Source: Bacteroidales bacterium (lineage in GTDB: Bacteria > Bacteroidota > Bacteroidia > Bacteroidales > VadinHA17). From it: a stretch of 64,000 nucleotides of DNA. This document shows, piece by piece, positions 47,925 through 56,717 of the stretch. The translations under genes and the position numbers were made by a program. Each line of letters opens with the position of its first letter. The stretch's first letter is position 1. The notes beneath the pieces were generated by a model, which saw only the letters and a list, made by a program, of their open reading frames with translations, searched no databases and was not told the DNA's origin. The stretch spans positions 225 to 64,224 of the forward strand of contig JANYJP010000033.1 in assembly GCA_025358455.1 (NCBI GenBank). The letters are read 5' to 3'.

Positions 47925-50744
47925 CTACTTTTTAAAATATCTTGCAAAAAGTCTTTTAAGATCCTCCATCCTGACGGGTTTTGAGATAAAATCCTTAATG
48001 CCTGAAAGTTCGGCTTTCCGCCTTGACTCTGGCATATTGTCTGCCGTAAAAGCAACAATTATGACAGTCTTATCATAATTAAGGATTTTTTGTGCCGATT
48101 CGAAACCATCCATTTCGGGCATTATCAGATCCATGAAGATCAAATCATATTTCCTGATCTTTGCCTGAAGATAACCGGCATAACCATCATCAGCGATATC
48201 AAAGGAATATCCAAGGTTTTTAAGCATTGCTCCGATAACCTTCTGATTCATTTTATTATCCTCAACAATTAATATCCTGATATCATTTCGTACAGTTCCG
48301 ATATCAACGGAAGCATGCGGATCTTCGATAAAGGGAAAACTATTCTTTATTATATTCATCAGATCATTGATATCAAATGGTTTAATAAGGTAATGGTCGA
48401 TTCCCATGGATATGCAATTCAGATAATTTCCTTTCTTGTCATTTGAACTTATCATAAGCATTATGAAGTTAGGGGAAAGGTTATTCTCCCATATCGACCT
48501 GGCAACATCGAATCCATCAAAATCCGGTTCATTAAAAATAATTACGAGGCTATATTTTTCTCCGGGGAAATTCAGATTTGACTTGATCTGGCTTACTGTT
48601 GATTTCATGAATGTTGTAATAGTTACAGTAAGTCCAAGCTTATGTAATGCACCCAGTATCTCCTCATCCCTGTTTTGATTACCGGTAATTACCAGGGTTT
48701 TGACTTTCTCAAATGTCTTTATATTTTCAAATGACAGGTCTTTTATTGTTCTGTCATTCGAGTAACTGATTATTGTAAATGACACCTTGGTCCCCATGTT
48801 ACCAAGCAGGCCTGAAGGGCACTCAGCCAAAAGCTCTCCGCCCATCAGTTCTACAAGTTGTTTTGAAAGTATTGTGCCGAAACCCGACTCATCATTAGTT
48901 CTGACTTTTGATTCGATATTTACAAAATCGCCATATATCTTTTTCAGGGAAGCTTTGTCAAAGCTGGTTCCGGTATCAAGAAGCTCAAACCCAAGTGTTA
49001 GTAATCCGTTTTTATTACTTTTAAGAAAGCTTCTCAGCCGGATTTCTCCTTTTTCTGTATTTTTAATTGAATGGTTTATCAGGTTAGTCAGTATCTGTCT
49101 TAATCTGAAAGGATCGCCAATAATACTCTCTGGAACATTATCATCTACTGTGCAAATAAGTTCAAGGCTGTTCTGTGAAATATTGGTTTTAGCAAGATCC
49201 ATACAATAAGTAATCTCCTCCCTGAGATTAAAGGGGACCTCATCCAGAATCATTCTGCCTGATTCAATTTTTGAAAAATCAAGTATATCATTTATTATGT
49301 TAAGCAAAACTTCCGTTGAGCGCCGGAGAAGATTTACAATGTTCGTTACCTCAGATGAAAGCTCAAACTTATGAAGAACGTCCGCCATACCTATAATTCC
49401 GTTCAGGGGAGTGCGGATCTCATAACTCATTCTTGCAAGAAACTCAGATTTTGCCACGTTGGCTTTAGCCTCATGCTTTCGTGCCGATTCAAGCATTGTA
49501 ACATCAATAAGAATTTCCATTGTAGCCTGTTCTCCCATGAAAATTACCGGGATGCTGTTTCTGAATAATACAATTTCTCCAATCTCTTTTTTTATAATTA
49601 CAAACTGATCGGGATTGAAAGTATCGCCCAGCGTTTTTGAAAAATAATTATTATCGCTATGTAAAACTGTCTCAGGAAATATTTTGCCCTTCATCTCCCC
49701 CTCATTTAAGTACGAATACTGATTTGCGGCAACTTTATTGGCTTTTACAATTTCCCGGTTATTGTTATGAATTATTACGCCAACAGGCATCTCTTCAATG
49801 AGTTTGAAGAGCATGTTTTCGGAAGCATTCAATCTCTTCATTTCTGATTTTTGTGATTTCAGGTATCGCAGGAAAATAAAGATTATCACCTGAATAAGGA
49901 AAAGTGTTCCCAGAACAATAAACAGTGAATTTCTGATAATATATTTCTGAAAAAAATCCGTCGGGGCCGAAAAAACAAGCCCAAAATCTCTCTGAAGAAG
50001 TTGTGTGGAATAATAAGATGAAATTATTTCCCTTGTTTTATCATTAATGGTGGCCTTGTGAATTATGTTTTCCACTGATCCTCCGGCAAGACCCTGTGTT
50101 ATCTTTTCAATCTGAGAGTATTTAATTTTATTCGTGTTATTATCATAAATTATTTCACCTGAATTACTTACGACCCATTGCCATTGATAGTCCTTAAGAT
50201 TAAATACCGAAAATATCTCGGAAAAGTATTTCTGGTAATCGACTGTTGCGACAATATTGCCTATTACATTGTTATCTTTTAGTATGGGCAGGTAGTAGTC
50301 AAATTTCCGGTTTTCCTGAACCAGCTTTTCCATATTCAATATATCCGCCTGAACATGCAGAATATATGGTTGTTCAAGCCATTCACCCGATTCATCTATT
50401 TTTAAAGAGAATTCATTTTTATTATTATCATACAACTTAATTCCGGTTACAAAACTCTTATACTTTGAGAAAAACAATTTCATTCTTTCAGTAACCCTGA
50501 ACGTAATTTCAGGATGAGCCTTGTCGAAAAACTTACTGACATCTCCCTGAAAATTAATTTGTGTCAGATCGCTTGCAAAACTATTATTGGTGCTGTCAAC
50601 TTCCAGACCAACAATCTGAACCTGACGGTCAAGTAATTCAATAATATAAGTTATCTGTTTACTATACAGGCTTTTATAATAAAAATAATTCATTAGCAAT
50701 ATTACCAGAAATGCTGAGTACACTATAATAAGAATCCTTCTCAT
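47925..50744 (-). CDS. Hybrid sensor kinase-like protein with a degenerate kinase core (H-box His replaced by Tyr), a pseudo-receiver and an intact receiver
   Basis: 939 aa. Domain order is TM, a ~260-aa periplasmic region, TM, PAS, a HisKA-like segment FLARMSYEIRTPLNG, a HATPase with G1 as DTGTS, a degenerate REC (IIFNEPDFDG) and an intact REC (ILIVEDN, IFMDLIMPEMDG, AFTA, SKP). Confidence 0.8.
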   Translation of the reverse strand: MRRILIIVYSAFLVILLMNYFYYKSLYSKQITYIIELLDRQVQIVGLEVDSTNNSFASDLTQINFQGDVSKFFDKAHPEITFRVTERMKLFFSKYKSFVTGIKLYDNNKNEFSLKIDESGEWLEQPYILHVQADILNMEKLVQENRKFDYYLPILKDNNVIGNIVATVDYQKYFSEIFSVFNLKDYQWQWVVSNSGEIIYDNNTNKIKYSQIEKITQGLAGGSVENIIHKATINDKTREIISSYYSTQLLQRDFGLVFSAPTDFFQKYIIRNSLFIVLGTLFLIQVIIFIFLRYLKSQKSEMKRLNASENMLFKLIEEMPVGVIIHNNNREIVKANKVAANQYSYLNEGEMKGKIFPETVLHSDNNYFSKTLGDTFNPDQFVIIKKEIGEIVLFRNSIPVIFMGEQATMEILIDVTMLESARKHEAKANVAKSEFLARMSYEIRTPLNGIIGMADVLHKFELSSEVTNIVNLLRRSTEVLLNIINDILDFSKIESGRMILDEVPFNLREEITYCMDLAKTNISQNSLELICTVDDNVPESIIGDPFRLRQILTNLINHSIKNTEKGEIRLRSFLKSNKNGLLTLGFELLDTGTSFDKASLKKIYGDFVNIESKVRTNDESGFGTILSKQLVELMGGELLAECPSGLLGNMGTKVSFTIISYSNDRTIKDLSFENIKTFEKVKTLVITGNQNRDEEILGALHKLGLTVTITTFMKSTVSQIKSNLNFPGEKYSLVIIFNEPDFDGFDVARSIWENNLSPNFIMLMISSNDKKGNYLNCISMGIDHYLIKPFDINDLMNIIKNSFPFIEDPHASVDIGTVRNDIRILIVEDNKMNQKVIGAMLKNLGYSFDIADDGYAGYLQAKIRKYDLIFMDLIMPEMDGFESAQKILNYDKTVIIVAFTADNMPESRRKAELSGIKDFISKPVRMEDLKRLFARYFKK

Positions 50745-50806
50745 CTGAACAAAATGTTTATCGGCTGAATAATATAAAGATAAGCTTTATAACAATAAAT
50801 TTCAAT

Positions 50807-51733
50807 CTAACGGTACTTACGGTTATCTCCGTCCATGATATTAAGATAACTTCGATACCTGAGAAAATCTATTTCCCCTTTTTCCACTGCAACTCTTACA
50901 GCACATCCGGGTTCTTCAAGGTGCAGGCAGTTATTAAATCTGCAATATTCAGATATTCTGAATATTTCGCGGAAAAAATGGTATATCTCATTTTTTTCCA
51001 TATCAACAACGCCAAACCCCCGTATCCCGGGCGTATCAATTACAAAACCTCCAAATGGCATATTGTGCATCTCGGGAAAGGTTGTTATATGCTTTCCCTG
51101 TTTATGGGAATCCGAGATCTTAGCTGTCTTGAGTCTGAGTTCCGGATTAAGGGTGTTCAGAAGAGTTGTTTTGCCTACTCCGGAATTTCCTGAGATCAGA
51201 CTTGTCTTATCCTTCATCTGCAGAATAAGTGAGTCAAGGTTTGTATTTTCATACAAGGATAACCTGATGCATTCATATCCGATTTTGGTGTACATTGACT
51301 CAAGATAATTCATCTTCTCAATTTCGGCTTCTTTGTAAAGGTCAGTTTTATTAATGATAATCTTAGCCGTTATTCTGTATGCTTCTGCTGTTATCAGAAA
51401 CCTGTCGATAAACTCAACCTGTGTCTCGGGAAGAATTATAGTTATCATCAGAAATACCTGATCAATGTTTGATGCAATTATCTGCGATTGTTTTGACAGA
51501 TTTGTGGCTTTTCGTAAAATATAATTACGCCTGTCAAGCACTTCGGTTATAATTCCCGATTCATCTTTTTTATCTGTTTCAAAAAGAACATTATCTCCAA
51601 CAGCAATTGGATTAGTGATTTGAAATTCCTTAATCCTTAGTTTTCCTTTAATGGAACAATCCATTACAAATCCATCACTATTAAGTACCTTATAATGGAT
51701 CCCTGTAGATTTTAAGACTATTCCCTTTTCCAA
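50807..51733 (-). CDS. rsgA: Ribosome small-subunit-dependent GTPase A; TTG start
   Basis: 308 aa with the G-motif GNSGVGKTTLLN and the zinc motif CRFNNCLHLEEPGCAV. A TACTTTTG box lies 17 nt upstream of the TTG. Confidence 0.9.
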   Translation of the reverse strand: MEKGIVLKSTGIHYKVLNSDGFVMDCSIKGKLRIKEFQITNPIAVGDNVLFETDKKDESGIITEVLDRRNYILRKATNLSKQSQIIASNIDQVFLMITIILPETQVEFIDRFLITAEAYRITAKIIINKTDLYKEAEIEKMNYLESMYTKIGYECIRLSLYENTNLDSLILQMKDKTSLISGNSGVGKTTLLNTLNPELRLKTAKISDSHKQGKHITTFPEMHNMPFGGFVIDTPGIRGFGVVDMEKNEIYHFFREIFRISEYCRFNNCLHLEEPGCAVRVAVEKGEIDFLRYRSYLNIMDGDNRKYR

Positions 51734-51750
51734 AATTAAAATATTTGTGA

Positions 51751-51758
51751 CAAAAGTA
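51751..51758 (-). promoter_or_regulatory. -7 box TACTTTTG upstream of rsgA
   Basis: Matches TAnnTTTG, 17 nt upstream of the TTG at 51733 and 22 nt from palindrome copy 3. Confidence 0.45.
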
Positions 51759-51780
51759 AGGAAAATTGTTCCGTAAACGA

Positions 51781-51809
51781 GTAGAGACGGCCAAATTGGC
51801 CGTCTCTAC
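51781..51809. repeat. Conserved-arm palindrome, copy 3 (terminator-like hairpin)
   Basis: The sequence is GTAGAGACGGCCAA A TTGGCCGTCTCTAC, a perfect 14+14 dyad. It lies 32 nt downstream of the PFK gene stop and upstream of the rsgA promoter box. Confidence 0.8.
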
Positions 51810-51840
51810 ATGCTATTATATCCAAATTTAATTCAAATCA

Positions 51841-53073
51841 TTAATTATCTGAAGCCATAAGCAGGAACGGTTTCATTTCGAAACTATGGTAGTAAGGACG
51901 TAGTCTTTCAGTATTATAATAATCTGATACTTTTACAACTTTCTTGGACGATGTTACAACATCAATCGGGAGATTGTCATATCTTCCATTCTTAAGAACC
52001 ACTATTCTCCCGTGCACGCCCTTAAGAATCAGATCAAGTGCCAGGTTCCCATAAGCCATCGGAACTATTGAATCGAGAAAATCCGGATCACCGCCGCGAA
52101 CCATATAGCCAAGTTTCTGGTTGATTACATTTATGGTCTTTCCTTTGTTGTGGTTTCCTGATAATTCTTTAAGTTTAGCTGATACCATATCACCAATACC
52201 ACCCAGTTTTGCATGACCATAAGCATCCTTTTCACTGTCGGAAAAAATCATTTCTCCACCTCTGAACATTGCACCTTCCGAAACCAGTACAACCGAATAT
52301 TTGCTTGGATTCTGATTACGGTCCTCAACAAGTAGTTTTGTAAGCTGATCGATGTCAAACTCATATTCTGGTATCACACATCTGTTTGCAGCACCAGCCA
52401 TAGTAGGAAGCATTGCTGTAAACCCTGCATATCTTCCGAATACTTCAAGAACCAGGAGCCTTTCGTGCGATCCTGCAGATGTTCTGAGACTGTTGGTCAT
52501 CTGAATGGTTCTTGTAACACAGGTGCTGAAACCAATACAGTAGTCTGTTCCCGGCACATCATTATCCATTGTCTTTGGTATGGCAACCACATTCACACCA
52601 TGTTTGTAAAGATGAACACCATAACTAAGGGTGTCATCGCCTCCGATTGGAATAAGGTAATCTATTCCAAGCCATTCGAGGTTTTTAATAATCTCAGGCG
52701 TAAGGTCATTAATATCAGCATTATATGTACTTTGCAAATGTTCCGGAACACTTGATTTTGACATATGGCTTGGCCTTGTTCTAGATGTATGTAAGAATGT
52801 ACCTCCGGTACGACCCGCCTTGTTAACTATATCATCGGTAAGTACCTGAAAGTTATTGCTGTTGTCAGCCTTAGTATCCCTTATTAATTCAGTTATACCA
52901 GCCCATCCCCTGCGCAGACCGATAACCTTATATCCCTCCCTGTTTGCACGAATTGTTACAGCACGAATAGCCGGATTAAGTCCGGGGACGTCACCTCCTC
53001 CTGTAAGAATAGCTATTACCCCCTTGGTTGTTTTCTGAGTTACCATGATCTTTTGCTTTTTATTTGATTCCAT
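51841..53073 (-). CDS. Phosphofructokinase-family enzyme with a PPi-dependent signature
   Basis: 410 aa with GGGDVPGLN, the GGDDT motif (Asp at the position that is Gly in ATP-PFKs) and PKTMDND (Lys at the second discriminating position). The start may be the Met at 53046. Confidence 0.8.
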   Translation of the reverse strand: MESNKKQKIMVTQKTTKGVIAILTGGGDVPGLNPAIRAVTIRANREGYKVIGLRRGWAGITELIRDTKADNSNNFQVLTDDIVNKAGRTGGTFLHTSRTRPSHMSKSSVPEHLQSTYNADINDLTPEIIKNLEWLGIDYLIPIGGDDTLSYGVHLYKHGVNVVAIPKTMDNDVPGTDYCIGFSTCVTRTIQMTNSLRTSAGSHERLLVLEVFGRYAGFTAMLPTMAGAANRCVIPEYEFDIDQLTKLLVEDRNQNPSKYSVVLVSEGAMFRGGEMIFSDSEKDAYGHAKLGGIGDMVSAKLKELSGNHNKGKTINVINQKLGYMVRGGDPDFLDSIVPMAYGNLALDLILKGVHGRIVVLKNGRYDNLPIDVVTSSKKVVKVSDYYNTERLRPYYHSFEMKPFLLMASDN

Positions 53074-53133
53074 TATTAGTAATTTTAAGACCTCTAAAGT
53101 AAAACATTTTACAATTAATCCAAAACCCTTTTT

Positions 53134-54090
53134 ATGTCAGGAAATCAACCCGATACAAACCAGCAAATCAACCCTTCAGTTCTGATAACGGGCGGCAGCG
53201 GTCTGATAGGAAGATATCTTACGTCAGCTCTGTTGTCCGAAGGTTATAAGGTTTCTCATCTTTCAAGAAGAACGGTTCAATCGGGGAAAGTGATGGCCTT
53301 CAGATGGGACCCGGAAAATAACATTCTTGATCCTTCAGTATTTGAAGGAGTAGATTATGTTATTCATCTTGCAGGAGCAAATATCGGTGAAAGGCGGTGG
53401 ACACTAAAAAGAAAGGATGAGATACTGTCAAGTCGTGTTGATTCTGCAAAATTACTTCATCACGTTATCATCAATAACGGGATCAGGATAAAAGCCTTTA
53501 TCTCCGCGTCTGCAACCGGCTACTATGGTTCAATAACCTCTGATAAAATTTATAATGAAAATGATATGCCGGCGACTGATTTTCTGGGAACAACCTGCAG
53601 GAAATGGGAAGAAGCTGCTGATCTGTTTGGTAATGAAGGTATCAGGACAGTAAAAATCAGGACCGCCGTAGTTCTGGAAAAAAATGACAGCGCTCTTTCA
53701 AAACTGATGAAACCTGCCGGAGTTGGCGTTTTGGTGAAAATGGGCCGTGGCAGTCAGTATATGCCATGGATTCATATAAAGGATTTATGCAACATCTATC
53801 TGAAGGCTGTAAAGGATGCTGAAATGGAAGGTGCATTTAATGCCGTATCGCCTCAGCATGTTACAAACAAATTTTTTATGCAGACCCTGGCAGAAGTTAT
53901 GAAACGTCCTCTGTTTCCGCTTCCGGTTCCAGCACTTGTTCTGAAAAGTATTCTGGGTGAAATGGCCGTTGTGATACTGCAAGGGAGTCGTATCTCTTCA
54001 AAAAAAATAAGTAATTCCGGGTATGCTTTCTTATTCGGAAACCTGGAAAAGGCTCTTGAAAACGTAATTAACGAACAGGTTATTCTCTGA
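53134..54090 (+). CDS. TIGR01777/YfcH-like SDR-family epimerase-fold protein
   Basis: 318 aa with a Rossmann motif ITGGSGLIGRYL and a C-terminal DUF1731-like region. Confidence 0.7.
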   Translation: MSGNQPDTNQQINPSVLITGGSGLIGRYLTSALLSEGYKVSHLSRRTVQSGKVMAFRWDPENNILDPSVFEGVDYVIHLAGANIGERRWTLKRKDEILSSRVDSAKLLHHVIINNGIRIKAFISASATGYYGSITSDKIYNENDMPATDFLGTTCRKWEEAADLFGNEGIRTVKIRTAVVLEKNDSALSKLMKPAGVGVLVKMGRGSQYMPWIHIKDLCNIYLKAVKDAEMEGAFNAVSPQHVTNKFFMQTLAEVMKRPLFPLPVPALVLKSILGEMAVVILQGSRISSKKISNSGYAFLFGNLEKALENVINEQVIL

Positions 54091-54125
54091 TCATTAAATC
54101 AGATTAAACATATTACAGAGGGAAA

Positions 54126-54821
54126 TCAACCGCGTTTGGATATTACTTCCAGTTTTTCAAGATCAACTACCTCAATTGTCTTTCCATAGATCCTGATTAT
54201 TCCTTCTCTCTTAAAATCAGACATCGTCCGAATAACATTTGCTGTACTCATACCGATATAGTCAGCTATTTCTTTCCTTGATACCGGGAGATCAAAGACT
54301 CTTGATTTATAGATCTCTTTAGTAAAGTATAGCATGACATACGCTACCCTGCCGATAAGATTTTTTTGTCTGATATCAAGTGTCTGGCTGATGATCTTAT
54401 CATTTATCATAGAGATTTTTGTAAGAAGTCCCATGGCAAATCCACCGTTTTTCATGAACAACTCCTTGATAAAATCAAGATTAACCATACATACAACTGA
54501 ATCCTCAAGAGCAGAGACTGAATACTGGTAACGTTCTTCAGAGAATATACTCATATTACTCACAAACTCAAAAGGACGCGTAATTGTTATTACCTGCTCT
54601 TCTCCGGTTGAGGTCCTTCTGAAAAGTTTTACAAGCCCGCTCTTTAAGTATTTAAAGGTGTTGATCTTTTCACCTTCGTGATTAATTATCTCTCCCTTGT
54701 GAAAAAATTGTTCTTCTTTGTTATTGCATAAATCATTAATAGTTTTTTCATCAAGGTGCGAGAATACTACATCCCTGAAATCGCAATTTGTGCAGACGCA
54801 GGGGTTTTTCTTTTCGCTCAC
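54126..54821 (-). CDS. Crp/Fnr-family transcriptional regulator with an N-terminal Cys cluster
   Basis: 231 aa with a cNMP-binding-like beta-roll and a C-terminal HTH (RKEIADYIGMSTANVIRTMSDF). Cys residues are at positions 8, 10, 13, 32 and 101. Confidence 0.8.
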   Translation of the reverse strand: MSEKKNPCVCTNCDFRDVVFSHLDEKTINDLCNNKEEQFFHKGEIINHEGEKINTFKYLKSGLVKLFRRTSTGEEQVITITRPFEFVSNMSIFSEERYQYSVSALEDSVVCMVNLDFIKELFMKNGGFAMGLLTKISMINDKIISQTLDIRQKNLIGRVAYVMLYFTKEIYKSRVFDLPVSRKEIADYIGMSTANVIRTMSDFKREGIIRIYGKTIEVVDLEKLEVISKRG

Positions 54822-54944
54822 TTTTTTTATTTTTTCACAAATTTACCATTTTCCTTTTCATTTTCTCAGAATTCAATTTGTTTTATTCCCAAATTTAGAC
54901 CTAATTTGAAGGTCGGATAAAATTATTGTCTGTTTTTATTCATA

Positions 54945-55730
54945 ATGATCTATAGAACTGATTACCATATGCATTCTACCTACAGCGACGGACGCTCCGT
55001 CCCGGAAGATTATATTGCCCCCGCAATTGCAGCAGGACTTAGTGAAATTGGTTTTTCAGAGCATCTGACGCTATTCAGGGATCCTGAAGACTGGAATATG
55101 AATCCGGTAAACATTTCTCCCTATATAAACAACATTCAGGAACTCAGGGGCAGAACAAAGAGTATCAAAATTAAAATAGGCCTGGAAGTTGATTTTTTTG
55201 AAGGCAGAGAAGAAGAGACCCGTGCCTTTCTGAATCTTCTTCCTCTGGATTATATTATCGGGTCGGTACATTATCTTGGTGAAAAAACAGTCGATCTTGG
55301 TCTTGAATTTTATGAGGGAAAAAATATTAACAGATTATTTGAATCGTATTTTGATTCTGTTTGTATAGCTGTGGCATCCGGTATTTTTGACATGATCGGA
55401 CACTGCGATTTAATCAGAATTTATGGATATAAACCTTCTGCAGATATGGAGCATCTGTATCGCAAAATGGCTAAAACAATGAAGGAACATAATGTGGCAT
55501 TTGAATTAAATACAAACGGGAGGAACAGGCCTCTTGCTGATTTTTATCCCGACAGAAAGTTCCTTCACATTTTCAAAGAAGAAAGTGTTCCGGTTTGCGT
55601 GAACTCTGATGCACATATGCCTTCACGGGTCGGGCAATATTTCGATGAGGCCTATGAGTTGTTAAGATATGCTGGGTTCACTGAAATGGCAGTGTTCGAT
55701 AAAAGAGTAAGAAGGATGGTTTCATTTTAA
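54945..55730 (+). CDS. PHP-family histidinol-phosphatase (HisJ/HisK-like)
   Basis: 261 aa. The PHP motif is DYHMHSTYSDG, with later conserved His and Asp residues (SVHY, GHCDL, NSDAH). Confidence 0.75.
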   Translation: MIYRTDYHMHSTYSDGRSVPEDYIAPAIAAGLSEIGFSEHLTLFRDPEDWNMNPVNISPYINNIQELRGRTKSIKIKIGLEVDFFEGREEETRAFLNLLPLDYIIGSVHYLGEKTVDLGLEFYEGKNINRLFESYFDSVCIAVASGIFDMIGHCDLIRIYGYKPSADMEHLYRKMAKTMKEHNVAFELNTNGRNRPLADFYPDRKFLHIFKEESVPVCVNSDAHMPSRVGQYFDEAYELLRYAGFTEMAVFDKRVRRMVSF

Positions 55731-55842
55731 TCTTCTGAAAAAAAGCCTCAAAAGCTTACACATGAAAGCACGGGGATCAAAGCGCAGTGACAGCGGTGAG
55801 CTTTTGATAAATTACAGGACTCTAATTCAATCTGATAGTTTT

Positions 55843-56151
55843 ATGGAAAAATCATTAAGAAATCTGATCCTCCTGGTAGTAATTCTATTGCCTGTTTCAG
55901 GTTGTGTCTCTAATGAAAAGAACTATATTAAGACCAAAGGACCAGAGGTAATATCTTTCAGAGTTCTCCCTTTTGAACTAACTGATGTAAAGCTTCTTGA
56001 CGGTCCCTTTCTTCGCGCAACTGAACTTGACATCAGAACACTTTTGAATTATGAACCAGATCGCCTTCTTTCGAAATTCTATATTGAAGCCGGACTAAAA
56101 CCAAAAGCCGTACATTATGGGGGTTGGGAGAATGAAATGCTCGCCGGGTCA
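55843..56151 (+). pseudogene. N-terminal remnant (~100 codons) of a GH127/DUF1680-like lipoprotein gene, truncated at the 3' end of mntP
   Basis: A lipoprotein signal (MEKSLRNLILLVVILLPVSGC) is followed by FRVLPFELTDVKLLDGPFLRATELDIRTLLNYEPDRLLSKFYIEAGLKPKAVHYGGWENE. This matches the N-terminal pattern I know from Bacteroides DUF1680/GH127 proteins, which are hundreds of residues longer. After about 56151 the open frame is merely the antisense of mntP. Confidence 0.55.
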
Positions 56152-56156
56152 GATTA

Positions 56157-56717
56157 TCAGGCAAGCATATGTTCGAGGAATATTTTTAATCCGATTGCGA
56201 CAAGAATAATACCCCCGATTATTTCAACTTTGTTACCCAGTCTCTCTCCTGCCGATTTCCCTATTCTTATTGCTGTCATTGAAGCAAGAAAAGTTACCGC
56301 GCCAATCATAATTCCTGCTCTCCATATCATTACGTCAAGAATTGCGAAGCTTATCCCTATTGCAAACGCATCGATGCTCGTTCCGACAGCTATTGTTAAC
56401 AGGACAACTGTACTGCTGAAGTCTTTTGTTTCTTTATTAGTTGTTTTTTTAAGACCTTCAATGATCATCTTAATTCCCAGAAATGTCAGTAACCCAAGAG
56501 CAACCCAGTGATCGGTTGCTTTTAATGCATTTGAAATTACCGATCCAAGGAAATATCCTGCAATAGTAAGGCCTCCCTGAAAAACAGCAAGAACTGCCGC
56601 AATCCAGACCGCCTGCCTGAACAGGATGCCACTCCTGACAACTCCATAGGATAATGAAACGGCAAATGTATCAAATGATAATCCCAGCGCTATTGCAAGT
56701 ATTGTGATTGAGTCCAT
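56157..56717 (-). CDS. mntP: Manganese efflux pump MntP
   Basis: 186 aa. MDSITILAIALGLSFDTFAVSLSYG is repeated internally as LTIAVGTSIDAFAIGISF, the typical duplicated MntP topology. Confidence 0.85.
   Translation of the reverse strand: MDSITILAIALGLSFDTFAVSLSYGVVRSGILFRQAVWIAAVLAVFQGGLTIAGYFLGSVISNALKATDHWVALGLLTFLGIKMIIEGLKKTTNKETKDFSSTVVLLTIAVGTSIDAFAIGISFAILDVMIWRAGIMIGAVTFLASMTAIRIGKSAGERLGNKVEIIGGIILVAIGLKIFLEHMLA

Noticed and set aside
47903-48058. Long form of the mnmH ORF overlapping the 3' end of the hybrid kinase gene
   Set aside because: The first 52 codons overlap the upstream gene and look like out-of-frame sequence. MnmH homology (the rhodanese domain) begins right after the Met at 47902.
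55762-56511. 249-aa plus-strand ORF taken as a single intact protein
   Set aside because: Only residues ~28-130 look like a real protein (GH127-like N-terminus). The remainder is the antisense of mntP (Ile/Pro/Leu-rich). I treat it as a truncated remnant instead.
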